Source: Candidatus Woesebacteria bacterium GW2011_GWB1_39_12
GTDB taxonomy: Bacteria; Patescibacteriota; Microgenomatia; UBA8517
Assembly (NCBI GenBank): GCA_000993405.1
Contig: LBWB01000012.1
Location: 37,777 to 101,776 of the forward strand
DNA: 64,000 nucleotides
Direction of reading: 5' to 3'
Notes under the pieces: model-generated
The model's input: the letters and a program-made list of their open reading frames with translations, nothing else
Told to the model about the DNA's origin: nothing
The model's database searches: none
Made by a program: the position numbers and the translations under genes
In this document: piece by piece, positions 8,886-16,423 of the stretch
How positions within the stretch are numbered: position 1 is the first letter of the stretch
How the letters are laid out: each line of letters starts with the position of its first letter

Positions 8886-11627
8886 ATGAGCAAAGAGGAA
8901 ACCAAACAAAAAATCCAAGAGTTGGTCGATAAATATGAGAAAGCAAAACTTTCTCGTTCAATTTCTAAATATACAGAGGAAGAAACAAAAAAAGACTTTA
9001 TACTTCCATTATTTCAAGCTTTAGGCTGGAATATTTTTGATAAAAACGAGGTTAGTGCAGAAGAATCACAGTCGGGAGGACGAGTTGATTTTGGTTTTTA
9101 TTTTAAGGGCAGACTCAAATTTTATCTTGAGGCAAAATCTTTACGAACTGATCTTAATAGGGAAGAATTTGCTAATCAAGCCATCAAATATTCTTGGAAT
9201 AAGGGCGCAACCTGGGCAATTTTGACAGATTTCGAGGGCTTGAAAGTTTTCAACGCTCAAATTATCGATAGAAAACTTACGGACAAGCTTTATTTTGAAA
9301 TACTTTCAAACCAATATGTTGAAAGGTTTGATCAGCTTTGGTTACTCTCCAAAGGTGCTTTCGAAGAAAATTTAATTGATAAAGAAGCTGAAAAAGTCGG
9401 TAAAAAAATTCAAAGAGTTTCGGTAGGAATATCACTATATAAAGATTTAACCTTGTGCAGAGATATCTTAACCGACAAGCTTGGAAAAATGAATCCTGGG
9501 ATAGATAGTGAATTGTTAGACGAGGGTGTTCAGAAATTACTGGATAGACTTATATTTATAAGAGTTGCAGAAGATCGGGGAATAGAGCCACCAACATTAA
9601 TTCCTCTTATTCGTGCGTGGAAAAATAGCAAAAACCCAAACGAAATTCCTCTTTATAAGTCGATGGTTTCAAAGTTTAGAGAGCTAGATGAAACTTACAA
9701 TTCGAACCTTTTCACTAAACACCCATTGGAAGATTGGGAAGATTGGAGCAATATAACTGAACAAGTTGTAAAAATTCTCCAAGGAAAGCCGGGCTATTAC
9801 GAATATGACTTCAAAGCTATTCCCTCGGATGTTTTAGGAAGCGTTTATGAAAATTATCTAGGCTATAGACTTTCAAAATCCAAAAAAGGACTCACTCTCA
9901 GTAAAGACGCTAAAAAGAGAAAAGAACACGGAATCTACTATACTCCAGATTATATTGTTGACTATATTGTTAAAAATGCACTTAAACCGGTTCTGGACAA
10001 ATGTAATTCAGTAGCAGAGTTAAAGAAGATTAAGGTTTTAGATCCCGCTTGTGGTTCAGGCTCCTTTTTAATTAAAGCGATGGATTTAATTTACAAAAAA
10101 TATGAAGAATTTGGCAATCGAGGAGGGACATATACTAAATTAGCCATCCTGTTAGACAATATTTATGGTGTTGACCTTGATCCACAGGCAGTTGAAATAG
10201 CCAGGTTAAATCTTTTACTTAATATTCTTGAAGAAAAAATAAAACTTCCTTTACTTGATAAAAACATTAAAAACGGCAATTCTCTTATTTCAGGAACAGA
10301 TGAAGAGCTTAAAAGATATTTTGGAGAAAACTTCAGAGATAAAAAACCATTCAATTGGCAAGAAGAATTTCCGGAAGTATTCAAACAAGGTGGTTTTGAC
10401 GTAATTATAGGAAATCCGCCATATATAAGTTTTTATTCGAGGGAATCCCACTTAGACCAATATATACAAGATGTACAGTTTCTTACAGACAAATATGAGT
10501 TAACTCAAATATATTCTGACAGAAGACTAAATACCGTTATGTTTTTTATTGAAAGGTCTCTGCAGATACTGAGAGCTCATGGGAACTTGGGTTTTGTGAT
10601 AGATGCAAACTTTTTGGAAAAACCTTTCAGGGCACTTAGGTCATGGTTAGTGGAAAAGAAGTTCGTAGTTAAAATTTCACAAAAGTTTTCTGCTTTTAAC
10701 GAAGTGGCTAGCGATCAAAATCTTCTGTTTGTTAAAAAATCTAAGTCAGAGCTTCCTTTTGAAGTATTAAGTTTTGATGGAAATGTCGGAAACTTTACGA
10801 ACTCCAAAATCAAAGTTCTTTCTGAAAAGTTCAAAGAGGATGTGGTGAATCTAAATCCAAAGAAAATTAATCTTTATAAAGTTGGTATATTACCACTTAA
10901 GGAATTGGCGCTGGTTTCGACGGGTGTACAGATCGGAATAGGTGGAACAAGGGCATATGACGGACAAAACATTGAAAAATTGTTTTATTCTGAATCTAAA
11001 AAATCGGAGAAACATTTTGAAAATATATCGCTGAATCCAAAAGATTTCTTTCAATATTGTCCACCCAAAACAAAGAATTACCTGAATTTGGATGAAAAAT
11101 TAGCGTCTAAAATAAATAGAAACGTAAAAAAATGTAACATTGCAGTTACGAAAGCAAAACCATTTATAAACAAGGAAAAAATTTTTGTCAGACAATCTTC
11201 TTCATCGATTGTTGCAACTGTAGGTCAGCCAAGGCAAATTTCAGAGTATTCTGCCTTTATGATAAGACCTTTCCAGAAGCACGATACTCATTTCATTCTG
11301 GCAATTCTAAATTCTAAACCAATGACCTTATATGCTAAAGAGGAAAATGTAATTTTAATGGGTAATAAAAAACAACCACAAATCAGGCTAAAGGGTCTGA
11401 AAAAACTACCTTTTCCAGTTGTTGGTGTTAACCCAAAGAGGTCTTTGGCTAGTAAAGCACGGGTTATGTTACATCTCAACAATAAGTTGTTAAAAGTACA
11501 AGAAAACTCAGAAAAATGGAATTATATAAAATCAGAAATCGAGAAAACTGATAATAAAATTGATGAAGAAGTTTACAAACTCTACAACCTCACGGCTAAA
11601 GAAATTGAAATTGTGGAGAAAAGTTGA
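8886..11627 (+). CDS. MmeI-family Type IIL/IIG restriction-modification enzyme (fused PD-ExK nuclease, gamma-class N6-adenine methyltransferase and target-recognition domain)
   Basis: 913 aa. The N-terminal MmeI-like nuclease domain has VDFGFY...YLEAKS (D...EXK). It carries SAM motif I (VLDPACGSGSFL) and motif IV (IIGNPPYI), plus a long C-terminal TRD-like region. Confidence 0.7.
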   Translation: MSKEETKQKIQELVDKYEKAKLSRSISKYTEEETKKDFILPLFQALGWNIFDKNEVSAEESQSGGRVDFGFYFKGRLKFYLEAKSLRTDLNREEFANQAIKYSWNKGATWAILTDFEGLKVFNAQIIDRKLTDKLYFEILSNQYVERFDQLWLLSKGAFEENLIDKEAEKVGKKIQRVSVGISLYKDLTLCRDILTDKLGKMNPGIDSELLDEGVQKLLDRLIFIRVAEDRGIEPPTLIPLIRAWKNSKNPNEIPLYKSMVSKFRELDETYNSNLFTKHPLEDWEDWSNITEQVVKILQGKPGYYEYDFKAIPSDVLGSVYENYLGYRLSKSKKGLTLSKDAKKRKEHGIYYTPDYIVDYIVKNALKPVLDKCNSVAELKKIKVLDPACGSGSFLIKAMDLIYKKYEEFGNRGGTYTKLAILLDNIYGVDLDPQAVEIARLNLLLNILEEKIKLPLLDKNIKNGNSLISGTDEELKRYFGENFRDKKPFNWQEEFPEVFKQGGFDVIIGNPPYISFYSRESHLDQYIQDVQFLTDKYELTQIYSDRRLNTVMFFIERSLQILRAHGNLGFVIDANFLEKPFRALRSWLVEKKFVVKISQKFSAFNEVASDQNLLFVKKSKSELPFEVLSFDGNVGNFTNSKIKVLSEKFKEDVVNLNPKKINLYKVGILPLKELALVSTGVQIGIGGTRAYDGQNIEKLFYSESKKSEKHFENISLNPKDFFQYCPPKTKNYLNLDEKLASKINRNVKKCNIAVTKAKPFINKEKIFVRQSSSSIVATVGQPRQISEYSAFMIRPFQKHDTHFILAILNSKPMTLYAKEENVILMGNKKQPQIRLKGLKKLPFPVVGVNPKRSLASKARVMLHLNNKLLKVQENSEKWNYIKSEIEKTDNKIDEEVYKLYNLTAKEIEIVEKS

Positions 11628-11648
11628 CTTCATTTATTTAGCTTCATA

Positions 11649-11677
11649 TTGACAAATTCCATAGCTGGGTATATAAC
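11649..11677 (+). promoter_or_regulatory. sigma70-like promoter TTGACA-17nt-TATAAC, 10 nt upstream of the ATG at 11688
   Basis: Consensus -35, a 17-nt spacer and a near-consensus -10. The very short leader implies a near-leaderless mRNA. Confidence 0.5.
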
Positions 11678-11687
11678 TTTGTTTAAT

Positions 11688-12194
11688 ATGATAAAGGATT
11701 TAAACTCGTTACTTTCGCTACAGGAGGTTTCTGAACTATTAGGAGTCCACCCTGAAACTTTAAGACGTTGGGACAGAGAGGACAAGTTATCAGCAATTAA
11801 AGTCAACGAGAGAGGAGATAGGAGATATCGATATGGAGATGTTATGAGAATTCTAGGAAGTTACGGAACAATAGAATACAAGGGATTTAAAATAACTCAC
11901 TACAGTCCAGGTTTTGAAATGTTTCCAGATAGGTTTGGTTCCATAGCTAAATTTGTAGTAAGTAATAATTTGGTAGTTGCAGGTTTTGCTTTTGCAGTTG
12001 CGGGTCTGAAACTTTTTGCAGAGCCAGATGTTAAATCGCAAGATCTAGAAAATCTAGCATTGTCAAAAATCAAGTATTTTATAAACCAAAAGCTAATAAA
12101 GAATTTAAAGGAATATACTTTCGAGTTTGAATCTAGGGAACAAGGATTTATACAAATTAAAAATCCAGACTGGTGGACTAAAGGAAGTTTATGA
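11688..12194 (+). CDS. HTH (excisionase/MerR-like HTH_17) DNA-binding protein with a C-terminal hydrophobic segment
   Basis: LSLQEVSELLGVHPETLRRWDRE helix-turn-helix. The ATG at 11688 is preferred over the TTG at 11649 used by the ORF track. Its stop overlaps the next gene's start (ATGA). Confidence 0.55.
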   Translation: MIKDLNSLLSLQEVSELLGVHPETLRRWDREDKLSAIKVNERGDRRYRYGDVMRILGSYGTIEYKGFKITHYSPGFEMFPDRFGSIAKFVVSNNLVVAGFAFAVAGLKLFAEPDVKSQDLENLALSKIKYFINQKLIKNLKEYTFEFESREQGFIQIKNPDWWTKGSL

Positions 12195-13114
12195 GCGAGA
12201 AGATATATGTTAGTAAAATTACGCAAGACACAAAGAACAGCGTTAAAGATTGTCTTTTGAGTTTATTTTACCGAAAGAACGATTTGATTCAATTTTTAAA
12301 AAGTTGCGGTTCCACATCTTCTGATTTGATTAATATAGGAGAATTAATGACAAAGTCCCGAATTGTTGACACTTATTTTGGCAACCTCGAACAGAGGTTA
12401 GACAATGGAACAGCTCAGTATCATAGTTTGATGAGACAAATTATTGATTGGGACGATTTTGACTCTTATTGGTTTCGGAATGGCAGTCTAGATGCAGGTT
12501 ATGCAAAAAGTAGGATTGGGCAATTGAACAAGCTTTTAGGTAAGAAAACAAAAATAGAAGAGGAGAGACTGAAATTACGCGAGAAAGAACAAGAATACGA
12601 AAAAATAAAAGCTAGGTCTCAGCTAATAACTGATTTAAGAGATAAATTTTATCGAATGTGTCAGGATAGCGATCAGACGCAAAAACGAGGTTACGAGTTA
12701 GAAGATTTACTAAATAAAATGTTTAGTTTTTTCGGCTTTGACGTTTTCAAACCATTTAAACTAAAAGGGGAGCAAATAGATGGTTCCTTTAAACACGATG
12801 GAGATAACTATATATTTGAGTCGAAATGGCAGGATAAAGAAAGTGCAGTCAATGATCTTTATGCTTTTGCTTACAAAATAGAGAGCAATTCTTTGTATCC
12901 TAGGGGTGTGTTTTTTTCTATAAATGGATACTCTGAAGATGCATTAAATAGAATAACTTACAACAAAAAGGCTCAACTAATTTTATTTGATGCCGTCGAT
13001 ATAATCGCCGTTCTCGAGGAACGTATATCATTAGTTAGTCTTCTGGAAGAAAAAATTAGATTTGCACAAACACATTCAAGAATCTATGTTAATGCAAATG
13101 ATATTCTTAAATGA
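12191..13114 (+). CDS. Mrr-like restriction endonuclease-fold (PD-(D/E)xK) protein with an N-terminal domain of unknown function
   Basis: The C-terminal region FGFDVF...GEQIDGSF...IFESKWQDK...SINGYSEDA matches the Mrr_cat D...(D/E)xK pattern. It is translationally coupled to the HTH gene. Confidence 0.55.
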   Translation: MSEKIYVSKITQDTKNSVKDCLLSLFYRKNDLIQFLKSCGSTSSDLINIGELMTKSRIVDTYFGNLEQRLDNGTAQYHSLMRQIIDWDDFDSYWFRNGSLDAGYAKSRIGQLNKLLGKKTKIEEERLKLREKEQEYEKIKARSQLITDLRDKFYRMCQDSDQTQKRGYELEDLLNKMFSFFGFDVFKPFKLKGEQIDGSFKHDGDNYIFESKWQDKESAVNDLYAFAYKIESNSLYPRGVFFSINGYSEDALNRITYNKKAQLILFDAVDIIAVLEERISLVSLLEEKIRFAQTHSRIYVNANDILK

Positions 13115-13230
13115 AAACTAATTGGATGATAAAAATTGAGAAATTTATAAATTAATGACATCTCCCGGGCGGGATGAATTGACGCCTCGGGATTTTTCTT
13201 TCCTCCTTCATCAAGACTTCGAAGGACAAG

Positions 13231-13244
13231 CAAATTTGACCCCA
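13231..13244 (+). repeat. cassette-boundary motif copy a (CAAATTTGACCCCA, short form)
   Basis: First member of an 18-copy motif family. It lies 117 nt after the Mrr-like gene stop. Confidence 0.8.
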
Positions 13245-13322
13245 CTCTTTTGGTGTCTCGTATTTAGTATTTAGGAATAATTTGCGTTGACAGTGAGTCT
13301 TTCATATAGTTTAATAGGGATT

Positions 13323-13610
13323 ATGGACGACGTTAAGAAAATGTTTAGAGTAATTGTTAACGGGCAGAGTGTAATAAAGCAAGAGTTGCTTTCGGAAATT
13401 AAGAAAGTAGACAAGAGCTTGAGCGGCAGAATTGATAGTTTAACTACAGAAATGAAAGACGGGTTTAAGAAAGTAAACAAACGTTTAGATTTAATAGGGA
13501 AATCAGTCGCCTTTCTTGAGGATGATACACCGACTAGAGAAGAACATGATAAATTAGAAAAACGCGTTTCTAAAGTAGAAAGAAAACTTCAAATTCAAGC
13601 ACCTGTTTAA
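13323..13610 (+). CDS. small coiled-coil protein, paralog copy 1 (96 aa from MDDVKKMF)
   Basis: ~90% identical to the ORF at 20532..20819, and the upstream 90 nt are also conserved. Confidence 0.55.
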   Translation: MDDVKKMFRVIVNGQSVIKQELLSEIKKVDKSLSGRIDSLTTEMKDGFKKVNKRLDLIGKSVAFLEDDTPTREEHDKLEKRVSKVERKLQIQAPV

Positions 13611-13616
13611 ATATTT

Positions 13617-13634
13617 TCTCCAAACTTGACCCCA
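13617..13634 (+). repeat. motif copy b (TCTCCAAACTTGACCCCA, short form)
   Basis: Starts 7 nt after the preceding stop codon. Confidence 0.8.
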
Positions 13635-13665
13635 TCTTTTTCTATTTTAAAATATATAATTAGTT

Positions 13666-14088
13666 ATGGTTAAGATTAGGAATTATAAAATTAGTGATTA
13701 CACGAAAGTCAAAGAAATTTTAGAAGAAGCCAGTCTTTTTGATGGAGTTTGGGATTCGGAAGAAAATTTATCAGGTAAGATTAAAGCCAATCCTGAATCA
13801 ATACTTGTTGCGGTAAAAGATGGTGTAATTGTTGGAAATGTATGTATCATTAATTACGGGTCAAAACTTCAATATCTTTTCCGTTTGGCTGTAGATAAAG
13901 ATTATCGTAATCAGGGAATAGCAACACAGTTAATTAATTCTGCAGTTGATATTGCAAGAAAAAATGGGGTAAATGAAGTGGGTTTATATGCTGATGCAGA
14001 CAATTCTAAATTGTTAGCCTATTACAGCAAAAGAGGCTTTAAAAAATCTAAGAGCAGATATTATTATATGTGGCAGGATATTAAATAA
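13666..14088 (+). CDS. GNAT family N-acetyltransferase
   Basis: Acetyl-CoA-binding motif RNQGIATQLI (R/Q-x-x-G-x-A/G) and a ~140-aa GNAT fold length. Confidence 0.75.
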   Translation: MVKIRNYKISDYTKVKEILEEASLFDGVWDSEENLSGKIKANPESILVAVKDGVIVGNVCIINYGSKLQYLFRLAVDKDYRNQGIATQLINSAVDIARKNGVNEVGLYADADNSKLLAYYSKRGFKKSKSRYYYMWQDIK

Positions 14089-14092
14089 GAAT

Positions 14093-14160
14093 CTCCAAAT
14101 CCTTCGATAAATTATAACAGTGAGTGTAGTCGAACTGCTCAGGACTATAGTTTGACCCCA
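14093..14160 (+). repeat. motif copy c, long form (CTCCAAAT-CCTTCGATAAATTATAACAGTGAGTGTAGTCGAACTGCTCAGGACTATAG-TTTGACCCCA)
   Basis: 68 nt, starting 5 nt after the GNAT stop. The palindrome halves are separated by a ~48-nt insert. Confidence 0.8.
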
Positions 14161-14236
14161 CGGTTATTTTTTTGTATCAAACTGCGGTTTCTTGACTTTG
14201 TTACTTTTGAACCTCAATATTAGATTAAGGTTAAAT

Positions 14237-14509
14237 ATGATAATAGATGATCCTAACTTTGATATTCCACTTTGGTTTTTTTATCTAATAGCTTTTATAA
14301 AAATAGCATATCTACTTTTTATAGTTTGGGTTATTTTTAACTTATTTTTGATGATTTATTGGTTAATTAGGTCGATAAAAGATAAAAGTGTTATAAAGAT
14401 AGTCAAGAAAAGGGTTAAGTATGTTTTTTTTGGAATGGCTGCTCTTTTAATTCTCTCTTTGGTAGCTTACGTTTTAGGGTTAGTCCCCAATATTAGAGAT
14501 ATTGTGTAG
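14237..14509 (+). CDS. small membrane protein (2-3 TM helices), hypothetical
   Basis: Hydrophobic 90-105-aa ORF. The start is ambiguous (ATG 14192 or 14237). Confidence 0.4.
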   Translation: MIIDDPNFDIPLWFFYLIAFIKIAYLLFIVWVIFNLFLMIYWLIRSIKDKSVIKIVKKRVKYVFFGMAALLILSLVAYVLGLVPNIRDIV

Positions 14510-14576
14510 TTCGTAGCACTTGTATATTAAAGAAAATTAAACAACATAGGGTTGGACTGAAATGTCTCAGGAAAGG

Positions 14577-14590
14577 CAAATTTGACCCCA
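14577..14590 (+). repeat. motif copy d (CAAATTTGACCCCA)
   Basis: Short form. It begins a ~300-bp segment that is duplicated at 18126..18440. Confidence 0.8.
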
Positions 14591-14673
14591 CAATTTTTTA
14601 GAGCGTTTTTTTCTACAGACTCCGCAACCCCTGTTTTGTTGACAAGCCCTGAAATAAGTTTTAAAGTTTTACC

Positions 14674-14871
14674 ATGAACGACGAAAGGGTAAGAGAGCAC
14701 CGCATCCCTCAAAACACAATTGTTGATAGGGGAGGGTATATCGGCCCAGGAGGCAGAATCAACGCCGAGCTTGTGCGGCCACCTGTTGCAGCATCGCCCA
14801 CAACAGAGATTCCACCCGCAGTTTCCCCGCAATCAACTGGAACCGAAAACCCACCACCTACAACGTATTAG
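14674..14871 (+). CDS. small Pro-rich protein, paralog copy 1 (65 aa, MNDERVREHRIP...)
   Basis: Paralog at 18221..18445 differs by an in-frame 27-nt indel and a few substitutions. The frame is conserved on the + strand, and TTGACA...TTAAAG lies upstream. Confidence 0.5.
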   Translation: MNDERVREHRIPQNTIVDRGGYIGPGGRINAELVRPPVAASPTTEIPPAVSPQSTGTENPPPTTY

Positions 14872-14883
14872 TAGTAATATTTT

Positions 14884-14951
14884 CTTCAAATCCTTCGGCA
14901 TGTTATAACAGTGAGCGTTGTCGAACTGCTCAGGACTATAGTTTGACCCCA
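14884..14951 (+). repeat. motif copy e, long form (CTTCAAAT-CCTTCGGCATGTTATAACAGTGAGCGTTGTCGAACTGCTCAGGACTATAG-TTTGACCCCA)
   Basis: 68 nt, starting 13 nt after the stop of the previous ORF. Confidence 0.8.
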
Positions 14952-14974
14952 AATTATTGATAAGAAAGTAGTGC

Positions 14975-15418
14975 ATGTTCTATACTGGTAGTGTGAAGTA
15001 TTTTAAAAACTTCTTTTTATTTTTTTTGCTAACTTTTTTAATTGCTCCGTTTCCGGAATGTATAGATGGATCCTATAGGGGGGTTAATAAATTTAAATGT
15101 TATACCGGTTTATCATTTTTACCTCCTCTAATAAATATAACTTCGATTATGAGCTTTTCATTTCTTTTTTGGTATAAATCTGATCGGGTCGTTTATAACT
15201 ATTGGCTTTGGCAAAATTTCCAGTCTTTTGTCACTTTTATTATTCTTCCCGTTTTAATGTCAGTTTTTTATACAAAATTTGTTGAAAAGTTTGATGCTAA
15301 AAAGAGAGTAATGTATATGATTTTTATTTTGATATTATTCCTGACGGTAAATACTTTAGTCTTTTATTTATTGAAGTACTATAAAATATTGCCGGCTTCG
15401 CTTTTAATTGCCGATTAG
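14975..15418 (+). CDS. hypothetical membrane protein (4 TM)
   Basis: 147 aa and hydrophobic, with no recognisable motifs. Confidence 0.45.
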   Translation: MFYTGSVKYFKNFFLFFLLTFLIAPFPECIDGSYRGVNKFKCYTGLSFLPPLINITSIMSFSFLFWYKSDRVVYNYWLWQNFQSFVTFIILPVLMSVFYTKFVEKFDAKKRVMYMIFILILFLTVNTLVFYLLKYYKILPASLLIAD

Positions 15419-15488
15419 TTTTAAGATAATTATTAATTAATAAATTGCGCCTTAGAAGTGAAATAAGTTTACACCTTGATATATCCTT

Positions 15489-15625
15489 CCAATTTGACCC
15501 CATAATCCATTCGGCTTCGCTCAGGACTATAGTCCATTCGACAAGTTATAACAGTGAGCGTTGTCGAACTGCTCAGGACATAGTCCTTCGGTTTTACTCA
15601 GAATCATAATTCTTCGATTTTTGTT
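15489..15625 (+). repeat. motif copy f, composite (short core CCAATTTGACCCCA plus ATAATCCATTCGGCTTCGCTCAGGAC, plus the GTTATAACAGTGAGCGTTGTCGAACTGCTCAGGAC insert segment at 15545..15579, plus a tail shared with 18471..18551)
   Basis: Sub-repeats are shared with copies g, h and j. Confidence 0.75.
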
Positions 15626-15644
15626 TGGGTTTGAGATATAATTA

Positions 15645-16328
15645 TTGCAAATGTATAAACTATCTCCTTCCGACTTTAAGTATTTGTATGAGGACTGTAA
15701 GCATTGCTATTACCAAAAAGTTCGGGGGGTAATTAAAGAGCTCCCCTCGATTGGTATGCCGGGGGTATTTACGAAGATGAATACTCTTTTGCAAAACACA
15801 ATTATCGGCATGGATTTACGGGAAATTAATTCCAAACTTCCCGCAGGTAAAATCGAGGTTAAAGAAGGTTTTTTGAAATCCAAAACAATTCCTCCAACCA
15901 ACGATTGCTTTATAGGAGGAAGATTTGATATTGCCTCACGCCTTGACGACGGAACTTATTCAGTCATAGATTTTAAAATTACTGATCCTACAGAAGACAA
16001 AATCCAAAAGTTCTTTCCGCAATTGCATGCTTACAAATTTGCCCTGGAAAATCCGGCGTTTGGTGAGGCGAAAAAGGTGAGCAAAATGGGAGTTATCGCA
16101 ATTAATCCTGAAGAGATATCTTTTCCTGGCGAGAAAGTAGTCTTTACGGCAAAGCCCCTATTGTTTGAGATCGAGGAAGACATGGATAGGTTTTTTGCAT
16201 TTATTTCTGAAGTATCTAAATTGGTGAATGGACCTGAACCGCCGGAAAACTCTGACAATTGCAAATGGTGTTATTATCGACTTTGTACGACAAAGGTTAA
16301 AGATAACCAAGAAGACATTCCTTTTTAA
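15645..16328 (+). CDS. Cas4-like / RecB-family PD-(D/E)xK nuclease with an Fe-S Cys cluster (standalone, no CRISPR locus)
   Basis: N-terminal SPSDFKYLYEDCKHCYY (Cas4-like YxxC motif), core GGRFDI...SVIDFKI (D...DxK), and C-terminal CKWCYYRLC (CxxCx4C). Confidence 0.6.
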   Translation: MQMYKLSPSDFKYLYEDCKHCYYQKVRGVIKELPSIGMPGVFTKMNTLLQNTIIGMDLREINSKLPAGKIEVKEGFLKSKTIPPTNDCFIGGRFDIASRLDDGTYSVIDFKITDPTEDKIQKFFPQLHAYKFALENPAFGEAKKVSKMGVIAINPEEISFPGEKVVFTAKPLLFEIEEDMDRFFAFISEVSKLVNGPEPPENSDNCKWCYYRLCTTKVKDNQEDIPF

Positions 16329-16337
16329 TAACTCTTT

Positions 16338-16393
16338 AAATTTGATCTCATAATCCATTCGGCTTCGCTCAGGACTTCGCAAATTTGACTACA
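16338..16393 (+). repeat. motif copy g, degenerate (TAAATTTGATCTCATAATCCATTCGGCTTCGCTCAGGAC ... GCAAATTTGACTACA)
   Basis: Starts 10 nt after the Cas4-like stop and shares a 27-nt block with copy f. Confidence 0.7.
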
Positions 16394-16423
16394 GAGTTAT
16401 TCGAAATTATACTAGCCCATATT

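Noticed and set aside
9037-9225. Short + and - ORFs nested in the MmeI-like gene (9037..9225, 10163..10384, 11288..11482)
   Set aside because: Each is fully contained within a long ORF that has strong domain evidence.
14093-14160. Canonical integron attC site (R'' RYYYAAC ... R' GTTRRRY)
   Set aside because: GTTATAAC sits in the insert centre rather than at the ends, the terminal sequences TCAAAT/TTTGA do not match the attC core sites, and the short form is only ~17 nt. The array is integron-like in organisation only.
14527-14832. Minus-strand ORFs (14527..14832 and 17981..18406) antisense to the duplicated Pro-rich small ORFs
   Set aside because: They run through the conserved boundary motif, and copy 2 overlaps the HD gene by ~95 nt on the same strand. 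The + strand ORFs keep frame across an indel and have a promoter-like sequence. The minus-strand ORFs are probably artefacts of the compositional bias.
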